A DNA stretch of 64,000 bases from assembly GCA_951406725.2 (NCBI GenBank), contig OX597821.1, positions 39,370,001 to 39,434,000 on the forward strand, written 5' to 3'. This document shows positions 39,644 to 52,860 of this stretch, one piece after another (position 1 is the first letter of the stretch; each line of letters begins with the position of its first letter). Below the pieces are notes generated by a model that had not been told where the DNA came from, did no database searches, and was given only the letters and a program-made list of their open reading frames with translations. The stretch is from Octopus vulgaris. Taxonomy: Eukaryota. A program made the position numbers and the translations under genes.

Positions 39644-40559
39644 AAAAAATGGTTTTTGGTCTTTCATCTACATTAACTTTGTATTTAATTGGATTATATA
39701 TTTTTTTTTCCACAACTGGATTATTTATTGCTGGTGGTGACCAACGACAATGGATTTGTTGGATTTTGAATTTTACCATTAGAAGAATTATAATATTGGT
39801 TGCTGAGAGTTTGGTAGAAAACATCTTAAAGTTCAAATTATTATTTAATCCAAGTTAGAATTAATCTAAAGTTACTATTCAACATAGAACATAGAAAAAA
39901 TAAACCAAAAACCAAAAAAAAAAAAACACAACTGAATAAAGATTTAATCTCCATTAAGTGAGTTTGGAGAGAAGCTGCTGTGTCAATGTCACTCAATTTC
40001 AATGAGAGAACAACAGACACAAGAGAAACTCTATGTCAGCTTTGAAAGATCTTAATGGAAATTAACTTATCTCACTGATATTATACTAACATTTGGAGTG
40101 CCTTGTAGACCAGGTCATCTCATTCTGCTTGCTACTACTTCTCCTCCTCTCTGCACTGTTCTTGCTCTTTGCTGCTTCATTTATTTATTACTGTTGTTGT
40201 TGTGGATTTAACAAATACTCATTTTCCTATATTGTATACAATGATATCAGTAGTTCTTGTCTCATACAGACACAGTTCAATATTAATAACTTTGCACATT
40301 TCAAACTCTGTAACCTTTGTAAATTACTCAATTTTCTCAAGTAGTTACAAATCATATTATTACTTTTCTCTGCTAATACTCCAGATGTCTTACATTTCCG
40401 TTTTAATGGTTTATTCAGATCCTCCTGCTTAAAACTTCCATTAAAAAACACAACCCCCCACCCTGCTTTTAAATGCTCATGACAGTTGTTCACCACAAAA
40501 CTTCTCTCCCACCCCAGGAGCCATGCAAAGATATGAAACAGCCGTCTGCTCATTGTCAG

Positions 40560-41800
40560 TTCCTGATTCAGAAAAGGAATGATATTCCTTGGCAATTCTG
40601 GTGGAAATTTTTTTGATGAACGTAACTTTGTAAAAAATATGTTCATTCAAGTAGTTTTCTGTTTTTGTGGACTCACCTGGGATTGCTGCAAATTTGGTCT
40701 CAAACAGGAGGCCTGCTCATTTGGCTTTCAAATACTCATTCAACCTGTTTGCAATATTGGCAAATGGTTGAGACACACAGCAGAGGTTCTAGAGCTGACC
40801 AAGCACAAAGCATGAGTGCACAATGTCTTACTAACTTCTATTTAAAGCTCTCAGTTGAGAAGATGTCAGAAGTAACACCAACACCCTAACTGGACTCATA
40901 ATCTGGTTTTCTGGAGATTTCCGGCAAAATCTACCTGTCATGCAATTCATACACTGCAGCCAAGTTTGCAAAAGTTTAATTTAAATGAAGGTAGTGATCC
41001 CTCACACCAGTTGACATTGAATGTGGAGAGGTCAGAATGGCAATAAAATTGTGGAATGATTATGAACACAACTCACGAAATACTGTTGAAAGTTTACCCT
41101 GCGTCTTATGAAATGATAAGAAGTCATGAGTGACTCTCTCAATGTGTTATTTTTGTCCCCCCAAATCAGTTTGTGCAGGTTAATAATGCTTTCATCATTC
41201 AACGAGTACCAATCCAATCGAACTGGTATAAGATCTATCTATCTATCTATCTTCCTATCTATCTATCTAGCTAGCTATCTGTCTGTGTGTCTATCTATCT
41301 ATCTGTCTGTGTGTCTCTCTATCTATCTGTCTGTGTGTCTATCTATCTATCTAGCTAGCTAGCTAGCTATCTGTCTGTCTGTCTGTCTATCTATCTATAT
41401 TATATATAAATATAACATCTCAGTATGAGAAATGAATATCTCCAAGAGAGTTCTTCAGTTCTCTTCAGCCTCATGTCATCCTTCCTTAGAATCTTTAAAC
41501 TGAAAATAGAGGCACTAGTTATGTTACTAGAAAATTTTCAATGCACCAAAACTCTGCAATGGCACAAAAGACCCTCATAGAATCAGTTTGTGCTAAAGAA
41601 GATGTTTGGATTGCATGCATTCTCCTCCTTCTGTCAGATAAACTGTTTCCGTCCAAGCGGTCGGTTTCCAGTGTGATTGTTCTTTTCTGTGACTATCAAT
41701 GAGACTCAGCAACAGTCTCATGGTCACTGGAGTTGAACTGAAAAGGACATGATTTTTCTTGGTCAGCTCTTGGTTCCATGGCTACATTTTGGGGTCATGC
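40560..41800 (+). pseudogene. Decayed Helitron Rep/Hel Pif1-type helicase
   Basis: In-order remnants: GMIFLGNSGG (Walker A region), (D>H)ECTMS, FSGDFRQNLPV, VMLL.N.NAPKLCNGT, FPV..FSVTINETQQQS; many stops/frameshifts; (CTAT)n insert at ~41230-41400. Confidence 0.75.
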
Positions 41801-42328
41801 AGATATCTTTTCATCAGAACGCCAACCCAGAGAGCAAGAAATGTCTTGTACCACAGAGTTCTAACTGAATAGAACACATTTCTGTTAGAATTGATTCTGT
41901 TTTATGCATTGCATATCAGTTTAGAATACATACACAGCCACCAAATATAGTGGTGTAACAATTGGATATACCAACTTAACATATTAAACACATTCCCGAC
42001 AACTGGTATGTACATATTAAGCGCTGTAGGGACCTTGAATTTCATTATGCAACAATAATATACTACCAAGTACATTAAAAGCTCATAAGCATATTAATTC
42101 CCTACTAGCAATTAATGTGTGCATTCCAATTGCCAGGAATGGGTTTAAAATGTAAATTTGGTCTTTCCAATTGCATTACTCTGCTATATTTACTGGCCGT
42201 TTAAGCAGTGTGTTCGTGGGTGGTTAATTGATTGGAAATGGTACTGAAGGAGGAGCAAAAAAACTCTTGAAATACCTATTTTTCTATCTTTGATAGCATT
42301 GTTTACATAGATATATTTGCATGCAAAA

Positions 42329-42560
42329 AGGCGACGAACTGGCAGAAATGTTAGCGCGCCGGGCGAAATGCTTAGCGGTATTTTGTCTGTCATTATGTTC
42401 TGAGTTCAAATTCTGCCAATGTCGACTTTGCCTTTCATCCTTTCGGGGTCAATAAATAAAGTACCAGTTTCGCACTGGGGTCGATGTAATTGACTTAATC
42501 CCTTTGTCTGTCCTTGTTTGTCCCCTCTATGTTTAGCCCCTTGTGGGCAGTAAAGAAATA
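42329..42560 (+). mobile_element. SINE family A, full-length long tail, with TSD
   Basis: GGCGACGAACTGGCAGAAATGTTAGCGCGCCGGGCGAAATG...; TSD ATATATTTGCAT(G/A)CAAAA on both sides. Confidence 0.9.
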
Positions 42561-43871
42561 TATATTTGCATACAAAACATGTATAAATATATTTAAAGTA
42601 TATGAAAAGTATATGATACGTAATTATCAGTTTCTATGAAAATTTTTAACATGAGTTTTACTTCCAGCTTTGTTTGATCAAGTTATTTTGTCTATGTCTC
42701 ACTCTTGTTCACTCATGCTTTACTCAAATGTTTAAGATTTACTTAGTGTAATAGAGGTTGGGTTCTGTAACTACGTTTATTATATTGTCAACCCATGGCC
42801 TAGTTTAAGATTGAATCTGCTGCTACAAAATAATTGCTTATGTTTGGTATAGAAAAACCAATAATGAGAAATGCTATGATATTTTTAAGGACTGCATTTT
42901 GATGTTTGGGCAATGAGAAAGTGCATAAGAATTCTAGCAAAACCATTGCAGGGCCTATTGGAAAGAACGAGGTGGATGAGACAATGGACAGGTTTTGTTA
43001 AGCATAGCATGATATTCACTAATTACTCCATAGCAAGATTTACATCTTCATATTGATTTCTGTTCTGGTATTGGTACAAATTCTCCAAATTTGTAGAACA
43101 GATCTATAATCAATGGAATCAAATCCTGCCAGATAAAAATAAGAAATAATGGAAGAAGCAAAGTGAAACCCTATGCTATTCGAAGATATAAATAGAAAGT
43201 TGTAATTAAATATCGGAAGGACATTTAGTTCAATATTCTATCATTGCTATCAGAATCTGTTGTTTCTGAGAGAGTCTAAAGAATCTATCGCTTATGTTTT
43301 AAGTGGTTCTGTTTTTAAGTGGTTTCCATGTTATCAAACAGGGAGACTCAATGGAGAATAACATGCGTTGATAAAAATATTTAAATTAAATCAACCAAAG
43401 ATGTTATTTTCGCAGATATTGATTCCTAACATTAGCACAAAGCCACAGATTTTAGCGTGTGAGTGTGTGTGTGTGGGTATGTTCTATTACATCGACTCCA
43501 CTGATATTTTATTGATCCATTCCAAAGGATAAAAGGCAAATCAAAGAGGGATTTGAAGCCAAAATATAACTGACGGACTAAATACTGCAAGGCATTTTGC
43601 ATTGTGTCTACTAATTTTGCCAATTCCACAAGTTCCAGCTTTCTCTTTTGCTGAATATGGGGGATATAGCTTCAAATGAACATTGTTTTCTATTTGGCAA
43701 AGCTGTTTGGTTAAGAATTTACTTTCCTAACAACAAGATTTTGGGTTCAATCCTACTGTGTATATGTGTGTCACCTTGAGCAAGTGTTCTCTGTGCAAAC
43801 CCTGGCCACATAAAGCCCAAAGCCTCATGTATGGATGTGGAAGACTGAAACTGAAAGAAGCCCCAGAATAA

Positions 43872-44546
43872 TAGGATGGAGAAAATTCAGAGAACTCTTA
43901 CCTCTGTTGGCAACAAAAAGGTCTCTCTCTCTTTAAGTGAAAGGAAGATTGTACAATGCATGTATATGAATAGCAATATTATATTTTAGTGAAGCATGGT
44001 CCTTGAATGCAGAAGACCTGCAAAAGCTGAAGAGGAATGAAGCTAGGACGCTCTTAAGGATGTGCAATGTCAGTGTACATGTGTATTGAGAGAAAAATTA
44101 AGTATAAGAGAAATTTGATGCAGTGTACAAGAGGAAAGACTGAATTGGTTTCATCATGTGATGTGTATGGATGTAGAGAGTTGCATACAGGAGTGCTAGT
44201 TGCTTAAAGTGGATAGAACTTGTGGGAGAAGGAGACCCAGGAAGACATGGAACAACGTATTGAAGACTGAGATAATTGGCACCTTGCTGTTCTTCAGAAG
44301 ACCTGGCCACTCCAGTAGAATTAATACCGGTGCTAGTGCTGCATTAAAAGCACTGGTGCTAGTACCATATAAAAAAACTCCCAGAACACACTAAAGTGGT
44401 TGGCGTTAGGGCGGGTATCTAACTATATAAACGATGCCAGAACAGAAAAGGGTGTCTGGTGTGACCCTGGCCTTACCAACTCCAATCAAACTGTCCAACC
44501 CATGCCAGCACGGAAAAATGGACGTTAAATGATGATGATGATGATG
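43872..44546 (+). mobile_element. 5'-truncated RTE LINE (RT C-terminal region + 3' UTR)
   Basis: GWRKFRELLPLLAT, VKGRLYNAC, EERLNWF.HV..M, CGRRRPRKTW followed directly by the family C UTR and GGACGTTAAATGATGATG. Confidence 0.85.
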
Positions 44547-44583
44547 AATACATATGTATATAGACATTGATATATATATATAT

Positions 44584-44615
<32 letters not shown>

Positions 44616-44819
44616 ATGAATAATAGCAAATGGATTGAACGATATTCTTTATTTAAAATCACTACAATTGTTTCAATTTCATTTTTACACTCTTGGTACA
44701 TTGGTGAGATGATAGTAACATGTATAATCCATCCAAGATATAAGATGCGCTTCCTTAGGTGATTGTTGAAATATATCCTTCATTAGATCATACTGTGAGT
44801 TCACTCATACCGTTATTTC

Positions 44820-44965
44820 ACTGGAGTGGTTGGCATTGGGAAGGGCATCCAGCTGTAGAATCTATGCCAGAGCAGACTGGTGCCTGGAGCAGCCACTGGC
44901 TTTCCTGACTTCAGTCAAACCGTCCAACCCATACCAGCATAGAAAACAAACATTAAATGATGTTG
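44820..44965 (+). mobile_element. RTE 3' end
   Basis: GAGTGGTTGGCATTGGGAAGGGCATCCAGCTGTAG...GTCCAACCCAT. Confidence 0.75.
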
Positions 44966-44999
44966 ATACAACAGATTAGACTGTTGGAAAATAAAAATT

Positions 45000-46490
45000 C
45001 CTAACATCAGGCTGCAACTAGTAAGCTTAGATGCCAAGAAACCCCCTAAGTAACCAAGCTGTCCCTAACAACACTGTTTTCTGGAGCTCTACTGGGTTTT
45101 ATGCCTATTTCCATCTGTTCAAACTTTTAGGGATAGTTCCTAATGCAGCTATAACTACAGGGAAACATTTTACCCGCACTTTCCATATTCTCTGTAATTC
45201 AATGGCTAAGTCCTGGCACTTTGCTACTTTTTCTATACCTCTCATATTAATTTTCCATCACTTGGGACTGTAAAGTCAATTATCTTATTTCTTTATTGCC
45301 CACAAAGGGCTAAACATAGAGGGGACAAACAAGGACAGATAAAGGGATTAAGTCGATTATACTGACCCCAGTGCGTAACTGGTACTTAATTTATCGACCT
45401 CGAAAGGATGAAATGCAAAGTCAACCTTGGCGGAATTTGAACTCAGAACGTAGCAGCAGATGAAATACCGCCAAGCATTTTGCCCGGCGTGGTAATGATT
45501 CTGCCAGCTCACCACAGTCAGTTATCTGGCACTTTCTATTCTCTTTATCTACTACTACTAAATGAGGCCTTCTAGCTTCTATTACTCTGTCAGTCTGAAT
45601 ATTAAAGTCACACAACATCTTGTATTTCTTACTTTCTTGTACTTTACTAGGTTCATGTTTATACCATTTATTGGTATGGTCAAATCCTACCTTTCTATAT
45701 AGTTCCAAGTGGATTGCTCTCCCTAGGTTGTTATGTCTTTTCTTGTATTCTTTTTCTGCCAGCCTGCTGCATTCACTTACCATATCAGTAACGCTTACCT
45801 CTTTTGATTTGCATAATCTTCATTGGGAATCTACTTGGTTTTTGTTTATCTTGGCTTTTATCCAATTAGACCTTAATGCTTGATCTTATGCTATTACTAA
45901 CAAACTTTCTGCCCCCCTTTTCAGCTTTCCTTTCTGCAACTATCTTTGAGAATCTACCATGCATTTTTATTATTATTATTTTTCTTTTTCTTCATCAAAG
46001 GTTTTGTTGGAGCTCCAGGAGTCTTGCATGCATAGCATGCTTGCTACCTCCAGCCTACGGTACCATGTTATTCATTCTTTTCAGCTATCTAATACTTTCG
46101 TGATCATTCTGGCCATGCCAAGGAGATAAAGCTTTTATAACACTTCTACTGGGCACTCGATTCCAATTTCCTTTATATTCCTCTTGATGCCTTCTGATAC
46201 TGTTCCCAGGGACCCACCAATAATTGGCACTATCTTCACCTTCTTCATTTTTTATAGCCAGGCTATTTCATACTTAAGAGGATTGTATCTCTATCTTTTC
46301 ATCTTTCTTTTTGACTATTTGTGGGTCAAAAAGGCAAGCAGCATCAACTATATAGCATATATGGTGTACCTTGTCCACCACCATTGGGTCCACTCTGTTA
46401 TGCTCCAGCACCTGATCTGTTTGGATTGGGAGATCCCAGAGGATATTACTAGTCTCTGACTAACACTCTGTGGTTTGTGCTCATACCAAA
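45000..46490 (-). pseudogene. Two R4/Dong-type RLE fragments; the first has a family A SINE inserted (~45285-45516)
   Basis: VSECSRLAEKEYKKRHN, DFNIQTDRVIEARRPHLV, LQKTVLLGT; second fragment PIIGGSLGTV; ~10-bp TSD GTCA(A/G)TTATC around the SINE. Confidence 0.8.
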
Positions 46491-47519
46491 TATTATTATT
46501 ATTAGTAGTAGTAGTAGTATTTAGTCAGTGTATTGTACTTCTTATGAAGAGGAAACTCTGCCCACACACTTTAGTCTAGTGAACACACTGTCCACAGGTT
46601 TTTCTTCTATTTCACAGCTGAACGGTCAGTGTTAGAAAGATTATTTTTAATATGATTATTCTAAGACTGTGAAACTGTAGAGATGTATAAAAAAAATGTT
46701 GCTAACCATTGCAGCAGGGGAAATTGGATGTAACATAGCAAAAGAAAAAACAGCAAAGTATCCAACTGTGAAAGAAGTTGCTCTGGTTACATATCTGAGT
46801 TCAAAAACTAAAGCAAAATAAAATCCAACTGAATTTGTCTCAGAAAATTAAATTTAAAACAATAAAATAAATGATTATAAGTTTCTGGAAGATGTTTCTA
46901 GAATAATTAAAACTTTGGGACTATTAACTTCAAAGGTGATACCTAACGATAATTAAAGATCAAACCAGTTGAAATTTGTTAATAGAAGCTCTAAATAAGG
47001 GGTTAATAGTTTGGAAAATTTCCTCTAGAATTAATTTTGCCAAACTATATGCATAATAAATTTATGTAGATGCATGAATATAAACCTATGTAATTTTTTG
47101 TTTTGTTTAGCTTTGGAGAAAATAAAGTTATTTAGACGTTAAAGTTAGTGAACTCAAATATCCTTCAGGAATTTTCTAATTCTTTAGAATTCTTCAGATA
47201 TTCATCTGAAAACTAGCTGAGATGTCATTGACTAATCTATGACATCTTCTGGATTTCTGCTTTGGATGCCAAAAAAAAAAATAATAATAATAAATAAATA
47301 AAAAGCACCAGTTTTGGCTAGAATCAAGATAATGTGACTAGGATATGACTTTATGTTTAAGAATAGTGTGTTCTGGGTTTGATCACAAACTACAGCACCT
47401 TTGGAAAAATTGATTCCACCATAGTGTTGGGTTGATCCAAGTTTTTATAGTGAAATCTCATCATCATCATCGTTTAACGTCCACTTTCCAAGCTAGCATG
47501 GGTTAGATTTTTTTTTGTC

Positions 47520-47732
47520 TAAGTACATTATTTACATTTTGACGGATTTTGTTCTCATCTTGTTTGTTGTTAACACAATGTTTCAGCTGATATACCCTCC
47601 AGCCTTCATCAGGTGTCTTGGGGAAATTTCAAACCTAGTTTTTCATTCCTAAGGTATTTTTTGCTGGAATCGAACTCAGAATCTTGGGGTTAGTAGCCCA
47701 TACTCTTAACCACTACGCCATATGCCCACAGG
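47520..47732 (-). mobile_element. Solo pLTR/SINE-like unit (tRNA-like head + hammerhead) nested in an RTE 3' end (47459-47880)
   Basis: Reverse complement matches 27008-27330 without the (AAT)n tract; flanks are the two halves of a family C element. Confidence 0.8.
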
Positions 47733-48309
47733 ATGCCCTTCCTCATGTCAACCACTCTGAGACTGTAGTGGGTGCTTTTTACATGCCACTGACACGGGAG
47801 CAAGTCAGGGGTCACTGGCATCGGCCACGTTCAGATGGTGCTTTTTACGTGCTCCCGTGCAGGTGGCACATAAGCCCATCAGCTGTGACTGTACCTGTTC
47901 TTAGGGGTAGACATAATCCATTAGCTTGGTTTAAAACTACCACCTGGTTCTTGGGTACATTTAACTGAATCTGTGCTTTTATAAGCCTTATATCCAGGTT
48001 TTCAATCTGAGAATGAACTATCAATTATGTTTTTTAGTTTATTTTCTCCACATTAGTCTCAGTCTCCTTCAGAATAAAGAACTTTGCCCTTCTCTTTCTG
48101 GTGAAACCATTAAAAACAAATATGTCACCATGGTTATTATATTTTCTGTCATCATTTTAATGATCTTCAGATCCTTTTGCTCCTATGCAAGATATCTTTA
48201 TTAAATTTTGACTTTGGAATTTCATTTCCAGGGCTTTTAAACATTTTCCTCAGAAATTCGTATAAAGCAGATGCTTTCTTAAACAAAAAGTAGAGAAAAT
48301 GTTATTGTT

Positions 48310-48342
<33 letters not shown>

Positions 48343-48694
48343 TCATGAAAGAATTTTTATTTGGAAATTGAAAATTGTTCTTAAAAGAAAAATTAATTGA
48401 AAAGAAACTGAGATTCACTTGTCCATGATGGAACATTTCTTGTGCTTTTTTTTCATTGAATTTCAACTTGAGGTTTTATTCCAATTTCAATTCCAAATTC
48501 TTCTCTGTTGTTGGTTTTGTTCAAAAGAAGCATCATGGTTTTACTCATCTGAAATTTCAAGAAGAAAATAAAATTGAAATATTGATCCTGCAACTTTCAT
48601 TTATTAAATTAATCCAAACAAGGAAAGGCATTGCCCTGGCCATTTGTTTTTCTGTTTTTGTTAAAGACCTACTCAGACTCATGCTTTTGGAATA

Positions 48695-49365
48695 TTGTTT
48701 TCAAATTTTGGCACAAGACCAGCAATATCAGGAGAGAGTTAAGTTGATTACATTGACCTCAATATTCATCTGGTACTTATTTTATCAACCCCAAAAAGGA
48801 TAAAATGCAGTCAATCTTGGCAAACTTTGAACTTAGAATGTAAAGATGGACAAATGCCACTTAGTGTTTTGCCTAGCATTCTAACGATTCTGCCAGCTGG
48901 CTTTTAAGTTTAATGCGAATTGTAAAATATAACAGGATGAAATAAACAGGCAGGAATTTGGTTCCAAAATTACCAATTTTGGTAGGAGCATCAGAGGGAT
49001 ATAATTGTATAGAAAGACGACTATTAATCAATTAATCTTTTTAATTTGAGGGTTGGATAGGTGATATTCAGTGATGGGTTGTACAACAGTCAATGGTGAT
49101 GGTCATGACATTGTAGCTATGATTGTCATTGGTTAAGTAGTTAGAGTATTGGTAATATTTACCTGTTACAAGGCAGCAAGCTGGCAGAAACATTAGCAGT
49201 ATTTCACAGGTCTTTACGTTCCGAGATCGAATTCTGCCGAGGTCGACTTTGCCTTTCATCCTTTCAGGGTTGATAAATTAAGTACCAGTTGCATACTGGA
49301 GTCAATTTAATCAACTGGTTCACTCTCCCAAAATTTCGGGCCTTGTGCCTAAAGTAGAAAAGAAT
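48695..49365. mobile_element. Inverted pair of SINE family A (48695-48900 -, 49170-49362 +)
   Basis: Core motifs; TSD AATATTTACC(T/A)GTTA around the + copy. Confidence 0.8.
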
Positions 49366-49571
49366 ATTTACCAGTTATTAAACATGCACATTTAAATGGT
49401 GGGGTATAAAGTGTTTTCTTTCTTCAGTTACATCTTTGGCAATTATTTTGGCGTCAACTGAAATGTTAATAATTGGTAATAAATAGCTGTTAATCATTTT
49501 CATTATTATTATAACAAGCTGATGTTGAATTTCTAGCAATATATCTACGTGACACAATGCTGGCTATAGAC

Positions 49572-49910
49572 ACAGGAGTGGCTGTGTGGTAAGAAGCTTG
49601 CTTCCCAGCCACATGGTCCTGGGTTCAATCCCACTGCATGGCAACTTGGGTAAATGTCTTCTACTATAGCTTCAGGCTGACCAAAGCTTGTGAAAGGATT
49701 TTGTAGATGGAAACTGAAAGAAGCCCATCGTGTGTGTGTGTGTCTGTGTTTGTCCCTCCATGATTGCTTGACAATCAATGTAGGGTTGTTTATGTACCCG
49801 TAACTTAGCGGTTCGGCAAAAGAGACTGATAGAATAAGTACTAGGCTTACAAAGAATAAGTCCTGGGGTCAATTTGGCCACAGTCACCTGAAACAAATAA
49901 AAGAATAAAC
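49572..49910 (+). mobile_element. SINE family B, near full length
   Basis: GGAGTGGCTGTGTGGTAAG A-box, GGGTTCAATCCC B-box, body, TG tract, GGCCACAGTC...GAAACAA tail. Confidence 0.88.
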
Positions 49911-51148
49911 AAGTACCAGTGCTGTTAATGGAGATATAATTAAATACATACTTCAGTGGGAGCACCAACCCTCAGTGGGCTGAGCTGACAAACATTTTTA
50001 ATAAATCAAAAATTACTAACAATGAAATTAAAGATAAACACACTCACCGGTAAAATTTCCACTTTTTTTCTTATCTTTATTTTCCTAAAATTTTCGTTGC
50101 GTCTTGCAAAAAAAGTGTGCCTTACATTATAAGGCCCAAAAAGAAAATGACTCTCCCCAGACACAGCAGAATATGCCTCAACACAAAATCATATAAAGAA
50201 TCTTGCAAACCAAATCCAAAAACGAAATAAAGATAAACAGTCATTGTGTTAATGAAAATTTTTTTCAGTGGTAAGGGAGACAACCTCTAAATTCAAAATG
50301 GTAAAATATTAAATGGTGCCAGCAGAGCAAGGTTAAATTTGATTGTTTGGTAAGTGCTCTGACAATTCCTGACATGTTTCTACTTTTAAGAACTGTGTTA
50401 CAGGATTAATAAGGAGAGATTTATAACTAAATGTTCTTATCAAACACAAGGAAAGTGGATCTGATGTTCTTCTCATGTCAGTGACACTAGAAAACCCATC
50501 TTGTAGATGTAAAGGCTCTCTGTAAACTAAATCCATGTTAATTCAGTGTAACGGCTCTTGTAGTGATATTTGCATTCCATGTTTATAATGAAGCAAGTTA
50601 TCTGTTTCTTGGAAGTTGGCAAAAGGATGGGGCAAATATCAATTCCTTTGACTAAAGCAAAGATCAGGAAAACGGTCAAGATTGTCATAGCAACAACAGC
50701 AGGAGAATTAATGAAGTAAGAACTGAAATATAATAATCCTGAATATTGTCATTTTCATAGAAATTAATGGCAACTAAGAAATGGAGAGATGAGTGGAATG
50801 TTAGACAAAGGCTTGGTAAACAAACAAAAGTCAAGTGAGATCATTATATTCCTGGAAAAATCATCAAAAATGAAGCAGAGGAACCAGGTTATGAAGACAG
50901 AAAATTACATATTAACAAAAGAGATCAGTTCAAGGGAGGAGTAGAGAACGGTAATAGGTACATAGTTTATGTTCTACTGTACTGTTAGATCTCGTTAATT
51001 GGGTGGCAGCGGATTGTAAGACTATTTTTGGAAAATACAAAGCATGGAGTTAACAATGAGAAAATAAATAAATGCACAGAAAATCACAGCATTTAATGAT
51101 CTCTGCTTATACAGATTTATAAGTCCTCCAATGTATGTGTGCATATAC

Positions 51149-51183
<35 letters not shown>

Positions 51184-51236
51184 GTATATATAAATGGATG
51201 AATTAATTATCCTTTGTTTATCGTTAGGTTCTCTTT

Positions 51237-51319
51237 CTTTCCTGATGAGAAGATTGCATTTTACACCATTTATTCTTTTGGAATAAAACCAATGTTATCT
51301 TCGAAACATATGTCGAAAG
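51237..51319 (+). ncRNA. Intact-looking type I hammerhead ribozyme in a Penelope-like terminal fragment (~51185-51368)
   Basis: Stem I CTTTC/GAAAG; core CTGATGA (51242-51248); stem II GAAGAT/ATCTTC; GAAA (51303-51306); palindromic stem III ACATATGT; GTC cleavage triplet (51312-51314). Confidence 0.85.
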
Positions 51320-51819
51320 TAAAAGAATTTGAATAGCATCTGCATTCAACTCCATTTATTTACTTATAAATGAATATATGTATGTTTGTGCATGTACACG
51401 TGTGAGAGTGTGTGTGTGTTTGTATGTATGTGTGTGTGTGCAAAAATATAAGTATGTGTACACACATGCATATGAATTTATCTATGTATATCTATCTATC
51501 TATCTGTCTATCTAACTATCCATCTATGTGTATATGTATAAATATGTGTGTATTCATTTAAATGTGGGTGTGATATATCTTGCCTTTGAGATGACTTACA
51601 TTATAAGTTGGTCATGGAATGATACATTACAAGTTAGAGCAGTGACTGCCTGACTTTTTTTTTTAAATGGTAGCAGTGTAGTCAGGAAGTAAGAGGCAAC
51701 AGTGTTCCCTCTGAAGAGACATCAGTTCGCAGCAGAGTTGCTTCAGGGAATTTATTGATTTGAGACAATATGACTGTTAATGGTGGCTCTCTCAGACATG
51801 AATTCATTCATGAAAGAAG

Positions 51820-52122
51820 AACTGGTACTCTGTCAGTTACAATGACAAGGGTTCTCATGAAATTAATGTGATTGTGGCTGAGTACTCCACAGACTTATGT
51901 ACCCCTAATGTACTTCCCAGGGATATTCAATGTGACATTAAGTGTGACAAGGCTGGCCCCTTAGAATTTCAGGTACGACGACTCATTTTTGCCAGCTGGG
52001 TGGACTACAGTGATGAGAAATAAAGTTTTTTGCTGAAGGACAGAATGTGCTATCATGAATTGAACTCATGACCTTATGATCATGAGCTGAATAGCCCTAA
52101 CCACTAAGCCATGCACCTTCAC
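51820..52122 (-). mobile_element. tRNA-derived SINE family D
   Basis: Reverse complement resembles the insert at 31753-32075 (GTGAAGGTGCATGGCTTAGTGGTTAGGG head). Confidence 0.75.
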
Positions 52123-52149
52123 ACTGCCTTCAGTTATACAATCAGTGTC

Positions 52150-52460
52150 TATGACTGGCTGTGCTGGCAATGCAAAAGTACGACAGGCAGTCAAGGACTC
52201 TCAGAATAATGCAAATCTATAGTGAAATTGAAATGCCTCGTAGAGGTAGGCTGAAGAAAATAACGAGTAGTTCACCTGTAAAGAAATTTCGAGTGTTCTA
52301 CTACTAGCCTACAAACAGTTCACAGGTGGAATATACAAGAGGATGATGAAAGCATATTGCAATCCTGGAGTCACAAATCAGTGCATGATCTTGGAATCTA
52401 CACGAGTAATGAGACATCGTTCCTTGTGCATATTAGAAAGAGAGCAACAATATAAAGACC
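52150..52460 (+). pseudogene. Old, decayed relative of the CR1 LINE RT
   Basis: AEENN..F...KF..FYY and IAILESQ.SVHDLGIYTSNETSFLVHI parallel [19 protein letters not shown] and [26 protein letters not shown] of the intact ORF. Confidence 0.65.
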
Positions 52461-52472
52461 ATATCCAGTAAT

Positions 52473-52860
52473 TATCATCCTCATCATCATTTAACGTCTG
52501 CTTTCCATGCTAGCATGGGTTGGACGGTTTGACCAGGGTCTGAGAAGCCAGGAGGCTGCACCAGGCCCAGTCTGATCTGGCAGTGTTTCTACAGCTGGAT
52601 GCCCTTCCTAATGCCAACCACTTCCTAATGCCTCCAGCACAGGTGCCAGGCAGAGCTGGCAATGGCCACGATCGGTTGGTGCTTTTTACGTGCCACCAGC
52701 ACAGAGGCCAGTCGAGGCGGCGCTGGCAACGGTCACATTCGGATGGTTCTTTTACATGTCACCAGCACTGGTATCACAACAACAATTTCCATTGATTTTT
52801 GATCGATTTCGATTTCACTTGCCTCAACAGTTCTTCGCAAGCAGAGTTTTGTGTCCCAAG
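52473..52860 (-). mobile_element. RTE 3' end (family C)
   Basis: (CAT)n-TTTAACGTC.GCTTTCCATGCTAGCATGGGTTGGACGG terminus plus internal repeats. Confidence 0.85.

Noticed and set aside
44620-44815. Possible further hammerhead/PLE remnants here (minus strand CTAATGA...GAAACAATTG) and at 50040-50220 (TTGCAAGACGCAACGAAA)
   Set aside because: Core mutated or truncated and stems incomplete; too weak to call
50420-51060. Purine-rich stretch resembling a decayed LINE ORF1
   Set aside because: No conserved motif confirmed
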